A DNA stretch of 64,000 nucleotides from Octopus sinensis (Eukaryota): contig NC_042997.1 in assembly GCF_006345805.1 (NCBI RefSeq), forward strand, positions 45,198,001 to 45,262,000, written 5' to 3'. A program made the translations under genes and the position numbers. How positions within the stretch are numbered: the first letter of the stretch is position 1; each line of letters begins with the position of its first letter. Shown piece by piece: positions 54,071 through 64,000 of this stretch. The notes under the pieces are model-generated. The model saw only the letters and a list, made by a program, of their open reading frames with translations. It had not been told where the DNA came from and made no database searches.

Positions 54071-55313
54071 ATATCATCATCATCTTCATTTAACAACTCC
54101 TTTTCCAGTGTTTGCATGGGTTGGACAAAGGCTGGCAAATCAGAAGATCATACCAAACTCTAATGCCTGCTTCGGCATAGTTTCTATGGTTGGATGCCTT
54201 CCCTAATGCTACCCACCTCAAAAAATATACTGAGTACTTTGTACATGGCACCAGCACCAGTGAAGTTCAGAAGTAACTTGCAAGATAAGACTCCTCAACT
54301 CAGTTGGGGAGTAGTATTGTGGCTTTGTGACAGGTTATGAGAGGTTAAAGTATAACTGAGGGAAAGAGCCAGGTGTTTTGCTGTAGAGGAGATATATGGC
54401 TTCCCCAATTGAGAGAGAGAGAGAGAGAGAGATAGAAAGAGAGAGAATAGTGGTGAAGATGTGTCAGGGCATACTCTCAAGTGACAGGGAAGTGAATATA
54501 AGTGAAGTGGTACAGAGGGTTGGATAGGGTAAATGAGTAGGTAGTTTTGTGAAAATAGAGATAGAGAGGAAATTCAGTGAGTGGTGGACATGGGTAGAGG
54601 GAGGTGGAGTCAAAGGAAAATGAGTTGAGGGGACATGGTCAGGTTGAGTGCAGGGGAACAGACATAAATGACATGTTTAGGGCAAACAAGGCCAGGACCA
54701 TTTTTTAAAAGGGAGGGCGTTAGTGAAGCCATCAACCACAGTACTTGACTGATACTTTATCAAGCTTGAAAGGAAGTAAGGCAAAGTTGACCTTGGCATG
54801 ATTTGAAACAAGTATGTAAAGATCTTTAAGCAATGCCACAAAATGTTTTTCCTCCAATTCTGCCATGATTCTGCTAATGAGATGTCAAAAAAAATATATA
54901 ATCACAACTTCAAATAGACATTTCTGATATGAAATACAAAATTGGCTTCAACAGTTTGGTAATAAAATATGATAGTTGTTTAAAGAAACACGTGTGAAAT
55001 GTTAGATTGTAGGTGACCTAATTTGATTAATTTAATTTATAACAATATTTTTCGCAATATCCTTGATTAATACTGCTTAATACAGATTTTAGAATATTTA
55101 TGTTTGTTGTAATGAAATTTTGTGAAATTTTGGTCTAATTTAGGAGACAAATGTTTTTTTGTTGTATGATGGAAACACAATTTCATCATTCTAGTGTTCC
55201 ATATTTTCTATTGTTTTACTCTTTTATTTAATCTTACTTAGTTTTGTCTTTTGCATAATTTGCTTAATTAAAATAACTTTCCCCTAATTGTTTAGATTAT
55301 AGAAGACACCTAC

Positions 55314-55384
55314 AACCACTTATTCCATAACAAAACATCAAATATTTCTGAATAATCGGAATGTAATATCATTAAGTTTAAAAC
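55314..55384 (-). pseudogene. Candidate pseudo-exon 2
   Basis: Acceptor catttcag, donor GTT|gtaggt; 71 nt, phase 1->0, which bridges the flanking exons. Reads GFKLNDITFRLFRNI*CFVME*VV (2 stops). Confidence 0.3.
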
Positions 55385-55915
55385 CTGAAATGAGCAGGTT
55401 ACATGGTGGTTAACCATTAAACAGAGTTAACCATTAACCCAGAACACCTGTATTCTGTAGAAATTCAACAGCAAACTACTAATAGATCTTTTGTCTTTGG
55501 TGAAAGGCTTATGAGATATTAACAGACTCCTGAGGTTTCCAGAAAGTAAGTGATCATATTTCTTCATTGAAATACATGCTCACACATAGAATTCTTTAAT
55601 TTAAAAACATTATGGTATTATATATTTTTTAAAATTGTTTAAATTAATAGTTTAATATTTAGACCCCCCCTTGGGTTTATTACTCTTTGTATGCTACTGA
55701 GAGCATGACAATTATAATTAAGTCTCAGCTTCTTTTCCTCCAAACAGAACATTTTAATATGGAATTAGAAATAGTAGCTGCCAATATATTTCAACAGAAA
55801 TGTTGTGAGATACAATCAATGCTTGCAGGATATGACCATATGGTTAGAAAGTTTGTTTTGGAACCACTTGGTTACAGGTTCAATCCCACAGAGTTTAACT
55901 AAGATTTACCTATAC

Positions 55916-56257
55916 CATCATCATCATCATCATTTAGCGTCCGCTTTCCATGCTAGCATGGGTTGGACGGTTCAACTGGGGTCTGGGAAGCCAGAAGGCT
56001 GCACCAGGCCCAGTCTGATCTGGCAATGTTTCTACGGCTGGATGCCCTTCCTAACGCCAACCACTCCGTGAGTGTAGTGGGTGCTTTTTACGTGCCACCT
56101 GCACAGGTGCCAGATGGAGCTGGCAAACGGCCATGGACGGATGATGCTTTTTACGTGCCACTGGCACGGGGGCCAGACGAGGCTGGCAACGGCTACGATC
56201 GGATGGTGCTTTTACGTGCCACCGGCACGGGGGCCAGGCGAGGCTGGCAACGGCCAT
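55916..56257 (-). mobile_element. Family B copy
   Basis: Same core and tandem units. Confidence 0.85.
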
Positions 56258-56589
56258 GAGACTGAAATTTCTTTGAGAAACTGTGTGGAAACCTATCTAT
56301 TCATTTACACATTCATTCAAACACACATACACACACAAGTACAAATATACATACATTGTTCTCTCAATTCCATTACATCTGCTTTCATCAAACTGTCTCT
56401 CCACCTTGCTCCTCCCTCTTCCCATTATGTTGTTTCATGCTGTATCTTTATTCATCTATTCAGCCCCCTTACTGACTAATAACATGTAGCTGCCATCAAT
56501 GTCTCTTTTCCATAACTTCCTTTCCAACCAATTATCTCTCTTCTATTCACCCTTTCAGTTAAGCTGTCTTGAATGAACAGAGACGATAA

Positions 56590-57392
56590 AGTGTGGTGAG
56601 GACTATTTGGTCTTACTTCTCAACCATATGGATTCAGGTTCAGTCCCACTGCATGGGCATCTTAGGTTAAGTGTCTGCTACTTTAGCCTCAAGTTGGTAA
56701 AAGTATTGTGGTTGGATTTGGGAGATGGAAACTGAAAAGAAACCTGTTGTATGTGTGTGGTGTGGTGTGGTGTGTGTGTGTGTAAGTGAGAGAGTGCATG
56801 TTTGCATGCAAGTTTGTGCCTCCTGTCTTGACATCATATGATAGTTGTAAACAAGTATCACTGTCATACAAGCAGTGTCATTCATTTCCAGTTTTCTGAG
56901 AAAACATATCTGGCCAATTAGAAATACTATCTTACGTGGAAACAAGTGAGGGTTGGTAACAAGAATAGTTAAGTTAAGTTGAGTTAATTTTTTGGCTCAA
57001 AAAGCAAAAAGCAAGGCCATGTAGGGGGACATGGAGTTATGTACAGGGAGGGTGTTCATGCAAAGAGTTCAGGCCATTTCTGATCAAGAGAGACTTTGAA
57101 CCGAGCGGTCGTCAGCATCTTCACTATCTCGTCCGGCAGCTTATTCCACGGACCCGCAACCCGGACGGAGAAAGCCCCTCTCCTTTGATTGAGATGAAAT
57201 CGTCGCAGATAGAGCTTTTCGGAGTGACCCCGCAGCCGACGCTCTGGAGCAGGAGTGAAGAACAGCTCTTTCGAGAGGTTACATTTTCCGCTTATAAATA
57301 GCATCCATCTGTAGAAAATCTGCCTGAATGAATTCCATGTGACCCGTGCAAGCATGGAAAAGTAGACATTGAAATAATGAGGATAAGGATGA
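56590..57392 (+). mobile_element. SINE family F (family A head plus RTE-like tail), interrupted by CR1
   Basis: Other copies at 32310-32990, 46980-48555 (split by mariner), 28680-29035, 5716-5950(-) and 22660-22935(-). Confidence 0.75.
56969..57296 (-). mobile_element. 5'-truncated CR1-group LINE 3' end
   Basis: Open C-terminus LRGHSEKL..RRGAFSVRVAGPWNKLPDEIV..FKVSLDQKW, short 3'UTR, (ACTTA)n tail, candidate TSD aatag (56964-56968 / 57297-57301); CpG-rich. Confidence 0.88.
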
Positions 57393-57587
57393 TATCTGAA
57401 GTATGACTTTTTGATGAAGAATTACCAAATGGCAATTTAAGTGAACAATGCCCTTGGAAGAGGAAAATGAGTATCAAACCTTAGAAAAAGGTACTGCAAC
57501 AAATAGTGAGAAAACCTGTCCAACTTATACTGGCAAAGAAAAGCTGGACATAAAAAAGTGATGAAGATGTACAGTGGATATATGTAC

Positions 57588-57653
57588 CTGAAGGTGTTGT
57601 GATATTGATAAGCAAAATATAAGCTATAGAAAGACAGTCATTCAAACTTCCAT
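57588..57653 (-). pseudogene. Candidate first coding exon (signal peptide) of the CATSPERB-like pseudogene
   Basis: ATG at 57653; with a +1 nt repair it reads MESLNDCLSIAYILLINITTPS-G (hydrophobic core). Donor CAG|gtacat, phase 1. Confidence 0.3.
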
Positions 57654-58184
57654 CCACTCACTACTTTTGTCAGTACTCATTGAAATACTTGTTATACTTT
57701 TCTGTGAAAGTTCCTAACTTGATAGCAAGACACATTGCTAAGAGAGGTCTACACATTTCAATATAGATTAATTTCAAATATTATGGAATAGTGAATTTAG
57801 AAGGAGCTAGCTTGTTGATTTTCTACTAAATGCTATTTCAGCTGCACTTCATTTAAACATTCAATGGGAAAAACAGAACTAATAAAAAAATATCTTATCT
57901 ACTTGTACGGCATCAGCTACGAGTAAACTATATTAAGCAGTCTTAACATTTTCTGCAAGACATGATTAAAAATGATAAATAAATAAAGAAAATAAATAAA
58001 TAAGTAAATAGACTTCAAATTATACACCATGTATAATTAAAATTTCTGAAAAGTAATTTTCTATCTAGGCTCACAAATAGTGGTGATGTACAGGATATAT
58101 ATTGATAAAAAAATAAAAAAAAGTGTTTGCTCCTCCAGACATTTTTGCTGTTTTGATATAGTTGACATTTTACTATGTAGTAAG

Positions 58185-58279
<95 letters not shown>

Positions 58280-58653
58280 TATATGTATATATATATGTAT
58301 ATATATATGTATATATATATATATACACACACACACATATATACATACATACATACATACATACCATGTAGACTTTTAAAAAGTTTTATGAGTATTTTTT
58401 AATGAGCAAATACTTTGTTAACCTGATCAAACTAAATCTGAAATAAAGAACTTGAATACTAATATACAACACAAACACATAAAAACACATACATGTATGT
58501 GTGTGTGTATGTGTGTGTATATCTAAATACACACATATGCATATATACTCAAAGATGTTTACATGTACACAATCAAATAAACTATTTGTATATTGGAGTA
58601 AGTGGCACTACAATTAAATAGTATTTATGTATTAAAGATATATTATTATTATC

Positions 58654-58684
<31 letters not shown>

Positions 58685-59546
58685 AGGTGGAAAGTAAGCA
58701 TAATTTTTAGCTTGCTGGACAAAACAGTGGCATTTCATCTGTCATTACATCCTGAGTTCAAATTACGCAGAGGCCGACTTTACTTTTCATCCTTTCAGGA
58801 TGAATGAAAATAAGTACCAGTTGCACACTGGGGTTGATGTAATCAACAAGCCCCTACCACCAACAGTTTCAGACCTTACACCTATAGTAGAAAGGATTTA
58901 TTATTATCATTATTGAGTGAGAAAGCGGCATATGTTATCAAAGTGACACTGGGATACAAATATATGAAGCCCAATATAGCCATCATGACTACCCGTCTGA
59001 TAAGGGTTCACCAGGCACATGCATCACAACCATATATGTATGACATGGTGATCTAATATCAAGATAAACACCACATGACCTTGCTGGTAGGGCCCAGTTA
59101 GAATTTTCTTCAGGTCGAGTAGCCTATTATTACTGTTGTTGTTGTTGTTGTCGTTGCTGCTGCTGCTGTTGTTGTTGTTAGAAAATTACACCAACATCAA
59201 AACACCATTGCAGGCACAGAAAAAAAAAATTGTTTTGAACCTTCAGCCAGACTGCATAAATTTACTGTAGATAATCGAAATAGTCACCCTTTTTTCAACA
59301 GCATCCACATAAAATAAATTAAGTACATAATAAATATTAATTATTCATTAAATACAAAATATAAATGTGATATAAGATAAATGTCAAAGTAGCAATAAAC
59401 TTTCTAAAAACCATTTCCACTTGTAGCCATTCATTTCTATTAAGATTTTAATGCTTTTGGGAAAGGTTTGTCTCAGTTCCCATATTCTTGCTGAATCACT
59501 CATACATTGTTAAAATAAGCTATATCATAATTTGATAACTAATATA

Positions 59547-60697
59547 TCATCATCATCATCATCATCATCGTTTAACGTCCGTTTTCCGCGCTAGCACGGG
59601 TTGGACGGTTCGACCGGGGTCTGGGAAGCCAGGGACTGCTCCAGGCTCCAGTCTGATCTGGCAGAGTTTCTACAGCTGGATGCCCTTCCTAACGCCAACC
59701 ACTCCGCGAGTGTAGTTATATATATATATATATGTATATCACCATAATCATCATCATTGTTTAATGTCTGTTTTCCAGGCTGGCATGGTTTGAGTGAGGT
59801 CTGGAGAGCCAGCGGCTGTACCAGGCTCCAATCTGATCTGGTAATGTTTCTACAGCTGGATGCCCTTCCTAATGCCAACCACTTTGAGAGTGTACTGAGT
59901 GCTTTTTATGTGCAACCGGCATGGAAGCCGGTGGCACATTAAACTTGAGCAAGTGGTAGGTAGGTAGGCGATCATCTGATCCAACAATAATCATTTCAGT
60001 AGATTCAATTCCTGTCTACAGGAAGAGAGAAAAGGGAAATCACAATATATATATAGAACATCAAGGGAAAGTAAAAGGAAACATTAGTATCTGGGAGAGT
60101 TGGCCTGAGAGCTACTAATTGGAGACATACTCGACACGTAGTCAACTAGACGTCAACAGATGGAGTGAGGAATAATGTAAAGTGACAAACATCATTAAAT
60201 TTCACAAACAAACATAAATGTAAATCAGGAAGGAAGAATATGAATGAATGAACAATAAGGAAACCAGGTAGGAATCAAATGAACTAATATCTTAAGAGAA
60301 ACGGTAATAAGAACAACAACTCTAGCACCACCAACAGTAATAACTGGGTTTGTAGTATTCTACAGATGGATGCCCTTCCTAATGCCAACCACTTCAAGAG
60401 TGCACTGGGTGCTTTTTATGTGCCACCGGCACAGGAGCGAGTCAGGCGGGCCTAACATCAATCATGTTCAGTTAGTGCTTTTTACATGCCACCAAGCACA
60501 GGGGCCAGTCAGTGGGGACTGTCATCAGCCATGTTCGGATGGTGCCTTTTACAGGCCAGTGGCACAAGAGCCAGTCAGGAGGTACTAGCATCGGCTTCAT
60601 TTGGTTGGACCATTTTATGTGCCAATGGCACGGGAGCCAGTTGAGCGGTCATGGTATCGATCATGTTTGGATGGTGCATTTTACATGCCACCAGCAC
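59547..60697 (-). mobile_element. Cluster of three family B pieces (59547-59716, 59745-59930, 60358-60697)
   Basis: Repeated ggatgcccttcctaa core; interrupted by the 419-bp duplication. Confidence 0.8.
59941..60359 (+). repeat. Inserted copy of the 419-bp duplication
   Basis: Offset 9040 bp from the donor; sits between family B sequences. Confidence 0.95.
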
Positions 60698-60883
60698 ATA
60701 TATATACATTTGTTAAGTACTAAATTTACTTTATGTGGATGCCTTTGAAAAAAGGGTGACAATTTCGATTATCTAAAATATATATATATATATATATATA
60801 TTGGTGAATTGAAGAAATGGAGCTGAACGCAGATTGAACAGAAATCGTTCTGTTCTGTTTTTGTTTTTCCAACGGATTTCCTT

Positions 60884-60972
60884 TTTCTTCCTGAAGAGAA
60901 AGACACAATATGGTCCCATTATTCAATCGGATTTTGGTAATTTGTGCCTTTCGAAACACGTGTAGAATGAAA
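60884..60972 (+). ncRNA. Minimal type I hammerhead ribozyme motif (Penelope-type)
   Basis: ttc-CTGAAGA(60891)-gaaagacacaa..ttgtgcctttc-GAAA(60953)-cacgtg-TA-gaa, inside the inverted repeat 60799-60850 / 60974-61026. Confidence 0.7.
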
Positions 60973-61248
60973 TAAAATGATTTCTGTTCAATCTGCGTTC
61001 AGCTCCATTTCTTCAATTCACCAATAATGTTTTAATTTCAATTATCCGCACCAACGCACGGTTGCAACGCCAGATGGTTGTACCTCCAACCGTGCTGTTA
61101 CTGCTGTGATTTTTGCTACTAAGGTATCGGTTAAACTTTTGATTAATCTACTACAAGATTATTCATCTTTCTATTTCACATAATATATATATATATATAT
61201 ATGTACATATATATATATATGTACATATATATATATGTATATATGTAC

Positions 61249-61314
<66 letters not shown>

Positions 61315-61589
61315 ATGTATATATATTTGTATATGTATATGTATATATATTTGTATATGTATATATATTTGTATATGTATATGTATATATATTTGTATAT
61401 GTATATGTATATACATATATAATATACATGATGTTTCCTTCTATTATGCAGGTCAATCATTCCTCAATAAAATCAGAACCCCTTGTCTGATTTTCTTGAA
61501 GTTTTTATGAGATATGTATGATTATGTGCTTCATGTCTTGTGTACTTTTCGCCTAAATTGGTGGACATTTACAGTAGAAACCTATAACT

Positions 61590-62235
61590 TTAAATATTCT
61601 CTCATCAACCGATTTTGTCAATTTCTCCACAATCTCACTTTTAATATTTCTTGCAGTAGTTTTTATTGCTTCTCGTAGTAAATCTGTGTTTGGATATTGT
61701 TTACTATTAGAATATACATCATAGAGTGTGAAGGGGCATTATCATGCATACATATGGTCTTTAACTTGAAACTTCATGATGTCCACTTGTACCATGGTAA
61801 ACAGTTGTCATCTAGAAACTTGCAATAATTTCCAGTATTTATTTTGACTCTATCAGCAACCTTAAGTGGACCTATAACATCTCCTCCAACTATACCGGTC
61901 CCAAACACGATTCCTCCACCACTCTGTTGTCTGTCTCCTTAACCGTGTTGGTTGGCTTTTTCCATGTAACACCCAGCCTCTTGCCCATCCATCAGGTCCA
62001 TCTAATGTTGCTCTGCACTTTACTCTTTTACTTGTTTCAGTCAGTTGACTGCGGCCATGCTGGAGCACCCCCTTTAGTCAAGCAACTCGATCCTGGGACT
62101 TATTCTTTTTGTAAGCCCAGTACTTATTCTATCGGTCTCTTTTTGCCGAACTGCTAAGTGACGGGGACATAAACACACCAGCATTGGTTGTCAAGCAATG
62201 CTTGGGGGGCAAACACAGACACACAAACATACATG

Positions 62236-62310
<75 letters not shown>

Positions 62311-62896
62311 GACGGGCTTCTTTCAGTTTCCGTCTACCAAATCCACTCACAAGGCTTTGGTTGGCCTGAGGCTATAGTAGAAGACACTTGCCCAAGGTGC
62401 CATGCAGTGGGACTGAACTCGGAACCATGTGGTTTGTAAGCAAGCTACATACCACACAGCCACTTCCGTAAAAATTACATTTGTAAAGTCTGTCATATCT
62501 TTTTGCCCACATCATTCTTTTTTCTTTGTGTTCTTTATTTAAAGGAGGCAATTTTGTGAAACTTATGACTTTTCCTGGTTCTTTTAGTATTCTGCAACTT
62601 TTTCTCTTTTGTATCTTAGAGATTCCCGCTTCTTCAAAGATTTGTTTCCTGGTTAACCCACTTTCCTTGCACATGGTTCTTTTGTGTTCTCTCTTATCTC
62701 TATTTGTGATGTTCTTGAAACCCATTTTCTTCCTTATTCTTACTCTCACAATGCTTTCTACCTGTTTTTTTTCTTCATTGTTCTGTGATCTCTGTTTGGC
62801 TTTTTAGAAATTACAATTGTTGTATCCACTTCTCCCAGTAGTTTCACAATTTCTTTCTTTCTTTTCTTTTGATGTTACATCTTTACTTCGACCCAT
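61590..62896 (-). mobile_element. Tc1-family (TRT/DD37E-like) transposase remnant, split by a SINE
   Basis: MGRSKDVT..RDHRT; PPLNKEHKEKRMMWAKRY..DFTNVIFT [SINE] CRATLDGPDGWARGWV; MHDNAPSH; LTKSVDERIFKVI. The segment carrying the third catalytic residue is deleted. Confidence 0.85.
62019..62466 (-). mobile_element. SINE family A inserted in the Tc1-like transposase
   Basis: Splits the IFT|DECRA motif. Confidence 0.9.
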
Positions 62897-63054
62897 TTCT
62901 ATATTTCCTCTATCTGAGATTAAGAGAAAACATTTAAAAATCACATATCACATGGGGAAAAGCAGTATCTTGTTAACTTGCATAATAAAAAGAAACACCC
63001 TATAAATGGGATATGTGTATATATATGTATTTAAATGTGTGTGTATATATAAGC

Positions 63055-63091
<37 letters not shown>

Positions 63092-63187
63092 TAATCCAAA
63101 CAAGAAAGCACAAAAAAACACAACAATGCGAGGACATGGAACAAATATAGTATTATTGGATGCTCAGGAAAGAAGGAAAGAAGGAGG

Positions 63188-63222
63188 GTTTAACGTTTCG
63201 AGCGGAGCTCTTCGTCGGAAAC
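63188..63222 (-). ncRNA. Minimal hammerhead motif, U4C core variant
   Basis: gttt-CCGACGA-a-gagc tcc gctc-GAAA-cg-TT-aaac. Confidence 0.6.
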
Positions 63223-63361
63223 ATAGGAGAAGGAAAGATCCAGAGAAGGGAAGACAGAGGAAAAAAAATCGCCAATGGTACACACGAGGTCACATTTTGA
63301 AAGACCGGATATATATATATGTATTTAAATATGTATGTGTATATATAAGTATCTCTCTCTC

Positions 63362-63415
<54 letters not shown>

Positions 63416-63479
63416 CATATAAAATAGTTTTGCCTTAAGCCAAACTCTTTGCTTTGTGCTTTTCCCTAAACCTTCATTT

Positions 63480-63810
63480 TCTAGTGAAATGCAGCAGTCT
63501 GGCATCAGCGTTTTCTCTTTTATTATTGCTATCATCACTGGGTTGATCTCGCCATCAGTATAATGACATCTGTCTACAGGCCAACGTCGAAGATTGGCCA
63601 ATGCACTCAGGAGCTTGTTGAGGTGTCCAAAGTAGGGGGTCACTGACCAGCTTCACCTCACAATTTCAGCATTGTTCAACAAAGTGAACTCTTCTTACGC
63701 TTTTTCCTAATTCCTTTTGGAATGTCATTGTGCAATCTTTCTTTGGTGGGGATGTTCTTTCCACAGAACATTCAGAATGGCATTGGTGCCATCCAAGAGT
63801 TTCGTGTTTT
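63480..63810 (-). mobile_element. RTE/RTE-X-like LINE remnant
   Basis: LDGT..AILNVLWKEHP/TKERLHNDIP..LVSDPLLWTP, with frameshifts. Confidence 0.7.
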
Positions 63811-64000
63811 CTGGTTACTGTCTAGATGGAAGAGACATAAAGTAACACAGATTCAACCTCTGTAGAGAAGTTCCTTTTTTGAAATTCTCTGAGATCTTAG
63901 TCCAAGGGTAATCTCAAAAAACTCTTGCAAGATTCTCAGACACATAAGTCAAGTTTGGCTGAATCTTAACTTGTACTTCTGCTGCAAAAATGGATAAGGA

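Larger units (their letters stand above)
1..57653 (-). pseudogene. CATSPERB: Decayed multi-exon gene resembling CatSper auxiliary subunit beta (continues off the left end of the window)
   Basis: About 13 exon-like segments with AG/GT boundaries and mostly matching phases. Their peptides match recalled human CATSPERB in N-to-C order (YHLLKSRMVHCF~YLFLENLKIQCF; WFGDRC~WYNERC; FYFSLAIGTKF~IWLSVDGGNTF; FDSTL..LFAYYP~FETAL..FFAYVP; LFNEHMTDI~LFEDTDI). At least 13 in-frame stops and 2 or more frameshifts. Homology is from memory, not a search. Confidence 0.6.

Noticed and set aside
21805-55384. A-to-I RNA editing rescuing the premature stops of the CATSPERB-like gene
   Set aside because: Editing could turn some UGA/UAG into Trp, but it cannot restore a TAA at a Tyr position or fix frameshifts; 13 or more stops is better explained by decay.
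63679-63815. Minus-strand exon-like segment with AG/GT ends
   Set aside because: Overlapping frames carry RTE-LINE motifs, so it is assigned to the retrotransposon remnant.

Overview
AT-rich, CpG-depleted animal genomic DNA with very dense (TA)n/(CA)n/(AAT)n/(GAT)n microsatellites. The repeat complement (Nin-domain and other tRNA-headed SINEs, abundant RTE-LINE 3' ends) points to an octopod cephalopod; this is an inference. Almost all ORFs in the supplied track are microsatellite or SINE artefacts. The real content is as follows. (1) A chain of about 13 minus-strand exon-like segments from ~57.65 kb to beyond position 1, with AG/GT boundaries and largely compatible phases but many nonsense and frameshift lesions. 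Their peptides align in order with the sperm Ca2+ channel auxiliary subunit CATSPERB as I recall its sequence, so this is a candidate unitary pseudogene. (2) A near-intact irritans-type mariner with a single frameshift, plus decayed mariner, Tc1/TRT-like, hAT, piggyBac-like MITE, Helitron, RTE, CR1 and HERO/R2-type remnants. (3) At least five short Penelope-type elements carrying minimal hammerhead-ribozyme cores, three in inverted arrangements and one fused to a tRNA-like Pol III head. (4) A 419-bp, 2-mismatch templated duplication carrying one of the pseudo-exons 9 kb away. All protein-family assignments come from motif recognition by eye; no database search was run.
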